Shown here piece by piece: positions 14,030-25,610 of a stretch of DNA of 64,000 bases. Numbering within the stretch: position 1 is the stretch's first letter; every line of letters begins with the position of its first letter. The position numbers and the translations under genes were made by a program. Where the stretch lies: contig NC_091473.1 of the NCBI RefSeq assembly GCF_036971445.1, positions 84,630,001 to 84,694,000 on the forward strand, read 5' to 3'. This DNA comes from Narcine bancroftii. Lineage: Eukaryota. Under the pieces are notes generated by a model, which worked only from the letters and a program-made list of their open reading frames with translations, did not search any database and was not told the DNA's origin.

Positions 14030-14265
14030 GGGCAGCATGGTTAGCACAATGCTAATACAGCACCAGCGATTGAGTCTGGGGTTCAAATCCCGTGCTGTAT
14101 GTAAGGAGTTGGTACGTTCTCCCCATGTCTGCATGGATTTTCTCGGGAGCTCCTGCTTCCTTCCATTCTTCAAAACCTACTGGGGGGTTAAAGGTTAATT
14201 GGTGTAATAGGCAGCAAGGGCTTGTGGGGCAAAATGGCCTGTTACCATGCTGTATGTCTAAAAAA
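14030..14265 (+). mobile_element. Full-length tRNA-derived SINE (V-SINE/HE1-like)
   Basis: Box A-like tggttagcac and box B ggttcaaatccc. V-domain-like gtacgttctccccatgtctgcatggattttctcggg. CR1-like tail atggcctgttaccatgctgtatgtctaaa. Confidence 0.85.
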
Positions 14266-14499
14266 CCTGTGTACAAAGAGCATACATGCACGTAGCCAAT
14301 GTATCACTTGTAAAATTGTTACATTTAAATTACAGTAGTTTTATTCTACCATCAATAATCATTATTTGTGATTATTTTGATCATTAGTTAAGGAAATCTC
14401 CCATCCTCATCTGTGACTTGAGATATACAGCCGTATGTCATGCCCCTTGTATTTGCCCTAAGAAATGATCTTATAGATCACTTACATTTATATACCATA

Positions 14500-14562
14500 T
14501 AGGATGCCATAGGTGCTCAGGTTAGTAGGGGATTGCTTTAAAAAAAAGGTTGAGAACCACTG
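14500..14562. mobile_element. hAT MITE right-end fragment
   Basis: aaaaggttgagaaccactg TIR, same as the 53572-53702 element. Confidence 0.6.
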
Positions 14563-14853
14563 CTCTATGCCGTGGAAGTTCCCAGTCTCTCCTCCACATG
14601 CGGCTCAGTGTTAAAATTTAATTGATAGCTCTTTGAGTCACCCCGAAGAATATTTTATGTTAAAACCCATAGAGATATTTTATGCTAAAACATAAAACTC
14701 AAGAACAATTATTATAAAATCATGATATGATTCAATTAGTCAGCTAGATCTTATAAAAGGATAATCGTGTTTAACCATTCCAGCAGCAGTATAGATAATA
14801 AGGATTCAATGGATAAAGTATAGCCTATGTTTCAAAAAATATCCTGTAAGCCA

Positions 14854-15017
14854 CAAGAATGGGCAACCTTTTAATTTTTAATGTAGACATTCAGCATCAT
14901 AACAGGCCATTTTGTCCCATGTGTTTAGGTTAATTGGGTGGCATGGACTCATGGGCCAAAATGGCCTGTTACCGTGTTATATGTCTAAATTAAAAATTAA
15001 AAGGTTACCCACCTCTG
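14854..15017. repeat. 164-bp fold-back element: hAT-like termini with inverted SINE 3' tails
   Basis: 68-bp arms (14854-14921 and 14950-15017), 55/68 identical ungapped by hand count, with a 28-nt loop. Confidence 0.85.
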
Positions 15018-15081
15018 CTATGTGACATAAAAACTTGAGATGGGGGTATTAATTTTAGATAATCTGTGATTGTTATTTCAG

Positions 15082-15160
15082 AATTTTGTCATCTGATTGC
15101 AATGTTCGAGACTTCGAGAAGCTCATGGAGATTTTGCGTATCTTTCTAACCAATGGAGAG
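15082..15160 (+). CDS. SWT1: SWT1 RNA endoribonuclease homolog, third-to-last coding exon
   Basis: tttcag|A...GAG|gtacaa, 79 nt, encoding (R)ILSSDCNVRDFEKLMEILRIFLTNGE. Resembles remembered human SWT1 [23 protein letters not shown]. Phase 0 end fits the next exon. Confidence 0.82.
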
Positions 15161-15366
15161 GTACAATGTTTTTTAAGAAATAGCTGTAATGTGTAAGACT
15201 CTCTGTTGCATGATCAAATTGGTAATTAGTTTCTATTTGCAAAAGAAAATATGGAGATTGTTCATGTTTTGTTTGTTTCCCAAGTTAACATATAACATAT
15301 AACAATTTACAGCACGGAAACAGGCCATTAGGCCCTTCTAGTCCGCACCGAACCAAACACCCCTCT

Positions 15367-18180
15367 CTAGTCCCACCTCCCTGCACAATGCCCATAACCC
15401 TCCATCTTCTTCTCATCCATATATCTGTCCAACCTTTTCTTAAATAATACAATTTACTCCGCCGCCACTATTTCTCCCGGAAGCTCATTCCACACGTCTA
15501 CCACTCTCTGAGTAAAGAAGTTCCCCCTCATGTTACCTCTAAACCTCTGCCCCTTAATTCTTAACTCATGTCCTCTTGTTTTAATCTTTCCTCCTCTTAA
15601 CGGAAATAGTCTATCCACATCCACTCTGTCTATCCCTTTCATAATCTTAAATACTTCTATCAAATCCCCTCTCAACCTTCTACGCTCCAAAGAATAAAGA
15701 CCTAATCTGTCCAATCTCTCCCTATACTCTAGATGCTTAAACCCAGGTAACATTCTGGTAAACCTTCTCTGCACTCTCTCCACTCTGTTTATATCCTTCC
15801 TATAATTAGGCGACCAGAACTGCACACAGAACTCCAAATTAGGCCGCACCAACGTCTTATACAGTCTCAACATCACCTCCCAACTCCTATATTCCATGCA
15901 ATGATTGATAAAGGCCAGCATACTAAAAGCCTTCTTCACCACCCTATTCACGTGAGTTTCTACCTTCAGGGAATGATGTACCATTACTCCTAAATCTTTC
16001 TGCTCTTCTGTATTCATCAATGCTCTCCCATTTACCACGTATGTTCTGTTCTGATTCTTCTTACCAAAATGAAGCACCTCACACTTATCAGCATTAAATT
16101 CCATCTGCCATTTTTCAGCCCACTTTTCTAAGCAGCCCAAATCCCTCTGCAATCCTTGAAAACCTTCTTCATTATCCACTATTCCACCTATCTTAGTATC
16201 GTCTGCATATTTACTAATCCAATTTACCACCCCATCATCTAGATCATTAATGTATATAACGAACAACAATGGGCCCAATACAGATCCTTGAGGCACACCA
16301 CTGGTCACTGGCCTCCAACCTGACAGACAATTTTCCACTACCACTCTCTGGCCTCTCCCTTTCAGCCAATATTCAATCCATTTGACTATCTCAAAATTTA
16401 TACCTAAAGACTGCACCTTCTTAACTAACCTTCCATGTGGTACCTTATCGAAGGCCTTACTGAAGTCCATATAGACAACATCCACTGCGCTACCCTCATC
16501 CACATTCCTCGTCACCTCTTCAAAAAATTCAATCAGATTGGTCAAACATGACCTTCCTCCCACAAATCCATGTTGAGTGCTCCTGATCAGACCCTGTCTA
16601 TCCAGATGTTTATAAGTACTATCTCTAAGAATTTTCTCCATTAATTTACCTACCACAGACGTCAAATTTACAGGCTGATAGTTGCCAGGCTTCCTCCTTG
16701 AACCCTTTTTAAATAACGGAACCACATGTGCAATGCGCCAATCCTCCGGCACTATCCCCATATCTAATGACATTTGGAAAATTACCGCCAGAGCCTCTGC
16801 TATTTCCTCCTTCACTTCTCTCAATGTCCTGGGGAAGATCCGTCTGGTCCCGGAGACTTATCCACCTTTATATTCTTCAAAAGCCCTAAAACTACATCTT
16901 TTGTAATCTCTATATTCCCCATATTTACCCAATTTGCTTTTTTTAATCTCACATCTCCCAATATCCTTCTCCTTAGTGAATACCGAAGAAAAGAAACTGT
17001 TCAATATCTCCCCCATTTCTCTAGGCTCCACACACAGTTTTCCGCTCTGATTCTCTAAGGGACCAATTTTGTCTCTAGCTTTCCTTTTACCATTAACATA
17101 TTTGTAGAACTCTTTTGGATTAGTTTTCACCCTGCTTGCCATAGTTTCCTCGTACCTTCTTTTAGCTTTCCTAATTCCTCTCTTAAGATTCCTCTTACAT
17201 TCAATGTATCTTTCAAACATCCCCTTAACTCCATGCTTCTTATATCTAATGTATGCCTCCCTTTTTCTTCGAACCAAGTTTCCAATATTCCTTGAAAACC
17301 ACGCTCTCTCAAACCTTTTGCCCCTCCTTTTAACCTAACAGGAACATAAAGCTTTTGCACTCTCAAAATCTGATCTTTAAAAGACTTCCATCTCTCTACT
17401 ACATCCTGCCCATAAAACAAATTGTCCCAATCCACACCCTGCAAGTCCTTTCGCATCTCCTCAAATCTAGCTTTTCCCCAATCAAAAACCTCAACCCTTG
17501 GCCCTGACTTCTCTCTTTCCATAATGACATTGAAGCTGATGGCATTATGATCACTGGACCCGAAGTGCTCGCCAACACTAACCTCCGTCACTTGACCCAT
17601 CCCATTTGCCAACAGTAGATCTAACACTGCTCCTTCTCTGGTTGGCACCTCTACATATTGTTGTAAAAAACTATCTTGCACACATTTCACAAACTCTAAC
17701 CCATCCAGTCCTTTCACAGAATGTGTTTCCCAATCTATATGTGGAAAATTAAAATCTCCCATAATTACAACCCTGTGCTTATCACAAATATCTACTATCT
17801 CCCTACAGATTTGCTCCTCTAGGTCTCGGTCCCCTCCGGGTGGTCTATAATACACCCCTACAACTGTAACCTCTCCTTTCCCACTCCTCAGTTCCACCCA
17901 AATAGCCTCCGTGGACGAGCCCTCTAATCTATCCTTCCTAGGCACCGCTGTAATATTTTCCCTGACAAGCAATGCAACCCCACCTCCTCTTGCCCCTCCG
18001 ACTCTATCACACCTAAAACAACGAAACCCAGGGATATTCAGCTGCCAATCACATCCCTCCTGCAACCATGTCTCACTAATCGCTACCACATCATACTTTC
18101 AAGTATCAATCCACACCTTCAGCTCATCCACCTTTTTTACAATACTCCTGGCATTAAAATATATGAATTTCAGAGATTTC
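15367..18180 (-). pseudogene. CR1 ORF2 (APE endonuclease plus reverse transcriptase), frameshifted at ~17303 and ~16851, premature stop at 15454
   Basis: VAISETWL, GVYYRPP, MGDFNFP, SDHN, YMDFSKAFDKVPH, PQGSVLGP, YADD. Frame continues past the TAA at 15454 to a TAG at 15367-15369. The 5' boundary is approximate. Confidence 0.92.
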
Positions 18181-18383
18181 TCAATTTTTAATCCCTGTTT
18201 TTCTTCATCTTTAATAACAACATTATTTGCTTTTCCTGCCAATTGCCCTTCATCTTCTTCCAGAGCATTTCCCTTCTATCACCTGCCCATCCATATTCAA
18301 ATACTTACTACAAACTTTCTTTGTTTGCATTCTAACCTTCTCCTTACTGCTCTGTACTATTTTGTTCCCTCCCCCCAACCATT

Positions 18384-19317
18384 CTAGTTTAAAGGATCCT
18401 GAGTGACACTAACAAATACCTCTGCCAGGATTCTGGTCCCCCTGGGATTTAAGTGTAACCCGTCCTTACTGTACAGGTCACATCTCCCCCAAAAAAGGTC
18501 CCAGTTATCCAGAAACTTAAAACCCTGCCCCTTACTCCACCCCTTCAGCCACGTGTTAATCCTCCACCTCATTCTATTTCTATTCACACTGTCACGTGGC
18601 ACAAGGAGTAATCCAGAGATTACCCCCTTTGCGGTCCTTCTTTTTAACTCCCTACCTAACTGCCTGTACTCACTTTTTAGGACCTCCTCTCTATTTCTCC
18701 CTGTCATTGGTACCTACATGTACCACGACCTCTGGCTCCTGTCCCGCCCACTTTAGGATATCCGGGACACGAGCAGCAACATCCCGGACCCTGGCACCAG
18801 GGAGGCAAACCACCATCCAGTTCTCCTTGCTGCGTCCGCAGAATCCCCTATCCGTCCTCTTAACTATGGAGTCTCCTACCACAATTGCCCTCCTCTTCCT
18901 TTCCCTCCCTTTCTGAGCTACAGGGGCCGACCTCGTGCCAGAGGCACAGCCACTGTCGCTCCCCCCAACCTTGATGACCCCCTCAACAGTGCTCAAAGAG
19001 GCGTACTTATTGCTGAGGGTTACATTCACAGGGCTCCTCTCTGGCACCTTACGTTCTTTTGTCCATCTCCTAACAGTTACCCACCTTTCATCCTCCCGTG
19101 GCCCTGGCGTGACCACCTGGCTGTAACTCCTGTCTATGACTTCCTCTGTTTCCCTAACCAGCCTGAGGTCATCGAGCTGCAGCTCTAGTTCCCTAACACG
19201 GTCCCTGAGAATCTGAAGCTCGATACACCTAGTGCAGATATGGACATCCGGGAGTCTGGAAGACTCCAGGACCTCCCACATCCGGCACTCCCGACAACAC
19301 ACAGCCTTAACACTCAT
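18384..19317 (-). pseudogene. CR1 ORF1 (Cys/His finger, coiled coil, SGNH esterase), one frameshift at ~18705
   Basis: CRECRM..HICTRC, LRDRVRELELQLDDL heptads, VVGDSIV, HVGTND, DGLHLN. Confidence 0.92.
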
Positions 19318-19633
19318 CCCTTACCCCAATGAAGTAGTAATAAAGACTATCTTAGCCACTCGCTCGCTGTCCCTCTTATTTATTGGCCTTTTACCAATCA
19401 ACCCCTACACACTCTCCTGTACGCTCGCTCGACCAATGGCCGCCTCCGACACCGACTCCTCCCCGCAGACCCTGGTAAAAGACTTTTAAAAAAGTTTTCT
19501 TACCTGCCCCGGACTCTTCTTTTCTGTCCTTTTCCTCTCTCCTTTTCTCTCCTCTCCTCTCCTCTCCTCTCCCTACTAAATTTAAATTTAATCAACAGAA
19601 GAAATCTAATTAGGGTATTCAATTTACTTCCAG

Positions 19634-19704
19634 CAGACAAATAATTCTTCCATGGGAATATCTGCACAAGATCTGCATGAATGCTTTACTCATGAAGAAT
19701 ATCG
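19634..19704 (+). CDS. SWT1: SWT1 penultimate coding exon (tandem CAGCAG acceptor, so the start is 19634 or 19637)
   Basis: ttccagcag|ACA...TAT CG|gtaagt, encoding (Q)TNNSSMGISAQDLHECFTHEEYR. Resembles remembered human [22 protein letters not shown]. Phase 2 end fits the last exon. Confidence 0.87.
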
Positions 19705-19933
19705 GTAAGTTGGTTTTGAGTGCAGAAATTAACATGCTGTTTGCAGTTTAATCACAATGTTTCTGCATTTGAGTCACAAATGTGTTGTGTCACTTCACTG
19801 TATTGCCTGATAAAGCAATTATTTTGTTTTACTTGTTGCAAAAGTAGGATCTCCACCAATAGTGACCTAAAATTACAGCATTAATGCGGCATTTAAAAAT
19901 CTGAAGAAAACATGATCAATTAAGGAGAAGCTA

Positions 19934-20313
19934 GTTATATGGCGAGCTCTCCACTGGCCACCGTGACAGAGGTGCACCAAAGAAAATGTACAAGGACTGC
20001 CTAAAGAAATCTCTTGGTGCCTGCCACATTGACCACCGCCAGTGGGCTGATAACGCCTCAAACCGTGCATCTTGGCGCCTCACAGTTTGGCGGGCAGCAG
20101 CCTCCTTTGAAGAAGACCGCAGAGCCCACCTCACTGACAAAAGGCAAAGGAGGAAAAACCCAACACCCAACCCCAACCAACCAATTTTCCCTTGCAACCG
20201 CTGCAATCGTGTCTGCCTGTCCCGCATCGGACTGGTCAGCCACAAACGAGCCTGCAGCTGACGTGGACTTTTTACCCCCTCCATAAATCTTTGTCCGCGA
20301 AGCCAAGCCAAAG
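19934..20313 (+). mobile_element. RTE LINE 3' fragment
   Basis: LYGELSTGHRDRGAPKKxYKDCLKKSL...CNRCNRVCLSRIGLVSHKRAC (C2H-type finger). 3' end gaagccaagccaaag. Confidence 0.92.
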
Positions 20314-21459
20314 TGTAACTATTACCTCTCCAGATATATTTGATCATTTATATTCAAAATATTAATGACAAAAGCAAAAATAAAGACCATAGCATTGGTT
20401 GCAAATTAATACTTGCAAATCGTGTACTAGACATGAAAATACTGCATGACAAAACAAAATTCTGGCTGAGGGGTTTATAAGAATCTTGGCAAAATTCTTT
20501 ACAAAGGTTCCTCTAGCACTGCATAACTCACTCTCTTTCACTTGAACTCCCTTCCCTGGAATCCTGATTTCTTTAATGTATAGTATATATCTCCATTTGC
20601 CTCTCCACTCTTTCACACTGTAACTGAACACAATATATGGATGATGTTCCAGTAAAGGATGGCAAGATATAATTTGTAGCAATGAATACAATTTTCCATT
20701 TTAAATTAAGGTCAGCTATAAGACGATGATGGTCAGCTAAAGATCTTTCTTCTATGAAAAGTTAATTCCAATCTCAAGGAAGACAAATTTGCCCAGTAAA
20801 TATTTTCAGGTTCTCTATTAGGTATTGTGATTCCTGCTCTATTGAAAATATTCAATTAACGTAAATATGAGACTTTCATTTAGGTCACAGAAGTGAACAT
20901 ACAGTGTGCTAATGCATAATTGTGCAGTGCATTCATATCCACTGTATTATAAACTAGAGAATAAAGATGAATTTTGTACTGTAAAACAATGCTTCTAGTG
21001 TTCTCTGCACTCTTACTGAAGTTAGTTTTGTATAGAGTTCCACTGCATTGAAATTGCTGAACAGCTCTCCTGTCTCTGGTAAGTGCATGCAATGAACCTC
21101 CAGACATAGAGGCATATGTGAGCTCTTCGTGATTACTTTTAAAGCTTAGTAAAAATAGTTAAGAATAGATGTGGGAGCATTTTATGTAGAATTTCATATG
21201 GTTGTGAGATAGAAGAATGAAAACCACTGCTAAATTCAGAAAATATTTGAATGGTGGTAACAATTTGTCTAAACTTCAGTCTTTAATTTTTCCATAACTA
21301 AGAAAGTTTTCTACATTTTCTGTTTTAATTGCTGTATTTGAGTATACAGATACTCCCGACTTGTGACCATAAAGGATTGGTCATATTGGACGCAAGTCGA
21401 AATTTTGCCTGCGTGCATGGAGTACCGAAGTCTTAAAGCAAACTTTTTAATCAAATGTT

Positions 21460-24400
21460 GGATGGTGATTGGGGACTCATTGGTTATTCAAATGGATAGG
21501 AGGTTCTGTGTACGAGATCGAGGCTCCTGGTTGGTATGCTTCCTCTCAGGTGCCAGAGTCAGGGATGTCTCTGATCGAGTTCATAGTATTCTGGAGGGAG
21601 AGGGTTAGCAGCCGTGTATCGTAGTCCACTTGGGGATCAATGACATAGATAGGAGTTGGGATGAGGTCTTGAAAAATGAATACAGGGTTTTAAGAAAGAA
21701 GTTAAAAAGCAGGCCCTCAATAGTGGTAATCTCAGGATTGCTGCCTGTGCCATGTGCCAGAAAGAACAGGAGGTTATGGCAGATGACTGCATGGTTGAAG
21801 AGTTGGGCAAGGGGGCATGGGTTCAGATTTCTAGATCATTGGGATCTCTTCTATGGAAGGACTGGCCTTTTCAAAAAGGAAAGGCTGCACCTGAACTGGA
21901 GGGGAACCAATATCCTGGCAGGCAGGTTTGCTGGAGCTATTGGGGAGGGTTTAAACTAGTTTGGCAGGGGAGGGGGAGGTAGGAATCAGAATGTGAGTGT
22001 AGAGATTAGGGTAGACGGGAACCAGGGTGTTATGGTCGAGAAAGAGAAAATTAGAAAAAAGCCAAAAATAATGTGCAGCAAAGATGACAAAAAGGACAGG
22101 CAGGTGAATAGACGGGATAATTTGCTGTACAGTACAAATACAGCAAAATTAGTAGCAGATGCAGGTCTAAGCATACTGTACTTAAATGCATGGAACATTA
22201 GGAATAAAGTTGATGACCTTGTTGTACAGCTACAGATTAAAAGATATGACATTGTAGTCATCACCGAGACATAGCTTCATGATGGATGTGATTGGAAGGT
22301 GAATGTCCAAGGGTACACAGTAGAGGGGTGGCATGGCCCTAATTGTAAACTTTGATATTATATCATTAGAAAAAAGGGACATAGGATCAGAAGTGGTAGA
22401 ATCCTTATGGTTTGAGTTAAGAAATGGCAAGGGTAAAAGGACCCTATCAGCTGTTATATATTGGCCCCCAAACAACAGCCGAGAAATGGACTACAAGTTA
22501 CTGCTGGAAATAGAAAAAGAGTGTCAGAAGGAAAATGTCAAAATAATTATGGGGGATTTTAACATGAAAGGAGATTGGGAAAGTCAAGAAGGTGCTGAAT
22601 CTCAAGAGAGAGAGTTTATAGAATGCCTATGGGATGGCTTTTTGGAACAGCTTATTATACATCACCCACCAGGGGATTGATGGTTTTGAAGTGGGTGATG
22701 TATAATGAACTTGAGGTGATTAGGGAATTAAAGGTAATAAAACCCTTAGGAAATAGTGATCATAATATGATTGAGATCAGTTTCAAATTGGAAAAAAAAA
22801 GCTGATATCAGGTGTGTCTATTTCAGTGGAACAAAGGAAATTATAGTGGTATGAGAGAAGAACTGGCCCAAGTTGACTGGAAAAGTAAGTTACATGGAAG
22901 GACGGCAAAGCAGAATTATAGAGTAAAGGAAAGACTTGGGTAGACATACGACCTATTGAAAATAATGCTGGAGAAATTATAATGAGTAACAAAGAAATGG
23001 CAGAGGAACTAAATGAGTATTTTGCGTCAGTCTTCACTGAGGAAGACAATAGCAATATATCAGATAGTCAGAGGTCTCGGGGAATAGAATTAAGTGTAGA
23101 GATAGTGCTTAGTAAGCTAAATGGTCTAAAGATAGATGTCTCCTGGACCAGATGAGGTGCACCCATGGGTTCTGAAGGAGGTGGCTTTGGAGATTGTGGA
23201 GGCATTGGAATTGATTTTCCAGAAATCAATAGACTCTGGCATGGTTCCACAGGATTCGAAGGTCTTAAAAGTAGTTCTGCTGTTTAAGAAAGGAGGGAGG
23301 CAGAAAAAAGGAAATTATAGGCCTATTAGTCTGATATCGGTAGTTGGAAAGTTATTGGAGCTGATCCTCAAGAACAAGGTTATGAAATACCTCGAGGTGC
23401 TTGACATAACTGGGAGATCCTGCCTGAGCAACCTAATAGAATTTTTTTAGGAAATCTCAAGTAGAATGGACAAAGGAGCAGTTGAAAAATGTTGTGTATT
23501 TGGATTTTCAGAGCCGTTAAGATGCCACATAAGAGGCTGCTTAATTTGGTGAAACCCCATGGAATTAAGGAAAGATAATGATATTAAATTAGGTGGAGGC
23601 AGAAAGCAAAGAGTGGGAATAAAGGGATCCTGTTCTGGTTGGATGCCGGTTACTTATGTTCCGCAGGGGTCAGTGTTGGGGCCACTTTTTTTTACAATGT
23701 ATTTTGATGATTTAGATGATGGATTGAATGGTTTTGTGACTAAGTTTGCAGATGACTCCAAGATAGGTGGTAGAGTTGGAAGTGCTGAAGAAACCAAAAG
23801 GTTGCAGAGAGATTTGGACAGCTTAGGAGTGTGGGCAAAGAAATGGCAGTTGAGACGCAATGTTGAGAAATGTACAATTGTACATTTTGGAAGAGGAAAT
23901 AAACAGGCAGATTATTATTTGGATGGAGAGAAAATTCAGAAGTGCATAGGGACTTGGGTGTCCTCGTGCAGGATAACCTAAAGGTTAAGAACCAGGTTGG
24001 ATTGGCAGTAAAGAAAGCAAATGCTATGTTGGCATTCATTTCGAGAGTCAGTGTCGTATTTCCATGAAATAGCTATACATTTCCTAGCAACTGCTAACGC
24101 AATCTTTAAAAATTCTTTTTGAAACCAATTTAATGTAAAATCTAGACTAATCCTTGATACGCCTCCCAAAAGAAACAACATAGGGTTTCTTGGAGGCTTA
24201 AAACCTATTATTTGTTGAAGAAAAGCTGGTCCAGAAGGAATTCATTTTAGGGCATCTCCATGTGGAATGTAAAAACATACCTATATCCTGTTTGCATCGA
24301 AAACACTTATCTGAAATATCTGATTTCAATCTATTAAGTTTTTTTGGTATAATATATAACCGATGTATAAAATTATACTGTAACATTCTATATTGAACAT

Positions 24401-25600
24401 TTATTGTATTTTTCATACTATCATAACATATCTGTGACCAATTTTTTTCACTTATACCTAAAATTTATATCTAAGATTTATAAAAAAATCTACCTCTGGA
24501 AAAGATTACATATAATCTAAAAAATACATATGAATTTTTTTTTGAAAATTTGGTTTCCATATATGCAAAAAATTGGTGTTATAACTTTATAAGAAATTTA
24601 TAACATGTTCATAGGTTAAAATTTGGTATGGACTTTATCACTCCCCGGCCACCTCATTTCATGATATTTGTATGTTTTTTTATATATATAAAATTAGAAA
24701 TTTGTTATATATTATACAGTAGTGTTTTACTTTATTATATATTTTAAAGATATAACTGTAGATGTAATTATTAGATACATTTAAGTTACAAATTATTAAT
24801 CAGATAATGTTCATAATTATTATAAAACTAGTCTCCCTTTGCTTTTTTTTTTCTTTTTCATTTCTTTTCTTTTTTCTTAAGGGTTTTTCAGTGTGAGAGG
24901 GAACGGGTAGGGGGGGAAATGATTTTTTTAAAAAAAGCATGCATTGATTTTGAGATACTAAAATTTCTTAGTTTTGTATGTTTTTTGATGCTAATAAAAA
25001 TAAAATTTGAAGAAAAAAACAGGAATAGTGTATAAGAGTAAAGCGGTGTTGACGAGGCTCAATGGGGCACAGGTGAGACCTAATTTGGAGTACCGTGTGC
25101 TGTTTTGGGCCCCTTATCTTAGAAGGGATATAATGATGTTGGAGAGAATACAGAGAAGATTTACCAGGAAGATTCCTGGAATGCAAAGGCTAACATGTGA
25201 GGAATGTTTAGCGGCTCTTGGACTGTATTCATTGGAATATAGAAGAATGAAAGGGGATCTCATAGAAACATTTAAAATGCTGAAAGGATTGGACGACGTA
25301 GATGTGAATAAGATGTTTCCCTTGGTGGGTGAGTCCAGGACAAGAGGGCACATTAGAAGGTACCCATTTGAAACAGATGAGGAGAAATTTCTTTAGCCAG
25401 AGGGCCGTGGATTTATAGAATTCATTGCCACATACAGCTGTGGAGATCTGATCATTGAGGGAGTTTAAGGAGGAGATTGATAAGTACCTAATTAGGCAGG
25501 TTATCAAGGGTAATGGGGAAAAGACTGGAATTTGGAACTAAATGTGAGAACAGTTTACCTCAGGGTGGAGTTGCGAAGCAGACTTGATGGGCCAAAATCT
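21460..25600 (+). mobile_element. Near-full-length degraded CR1 (partial ORF1 esterase, ORF2, 3' UTR)
   Basis: VIGDSLV, GINDI, LHLNWRGT, YLNAWNIRNK..ITET, MGDFN, SPGPDEVHP, PQGSVLGP, FADDSK, KGDLIETFK. Interrupted at 24048-25020. Confidence 0.92.
24048..25020. mobile_element. L1 insertion with 5' inversion (inverted ORF2 piece 24048-~24490 on -, sense 3' piece ~24491-25020 on +)
   Basis: Minus strand: QYNFIHRLYIIPKKL..CFRC..HSTWRC..ALAVARKCIAISWKYDTD. Plus strand: PLEKITYNLK..KIWFPY, 3' UTR, AATAAA at 24993 and A tail. Confidence 0.85.
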
Positions 25601-25610
25601 TGTGATTTTG

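Larger units (their letters stand above)
15286..19575 (-). mobile_element. Full-length young CR1 LINE (5' UTR, ORF1 esterase, ORF2 APE-RT, (ATATGTT)n tail), antisense in a SWT1 intron
   Basis: Continuous ORF1 and ORF2 with only four visible lesions. 3' microsatellite tail at 15286-15303 and purine-rich 5' end at ~19510-19575. Confidence 0.95.

Noticed and set aside
14030-14100. tRNA-like box A/B sequences (also at 41308 and 28255)
   Set aside because: These are SINE heads continuing into a V-domain and LINE-like tail, not cloverleaf tRNA genes.
21036-21078. Possible 43-nt cryptic/poison SWT1 exon (tatag|...CTG|gtaagt)
   Set aside because: Strong donor but weak polypyrimidine tract, an early in-frame stop and no homology. 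The flanking exons already join in frame, so it is unsupported without RNA data.
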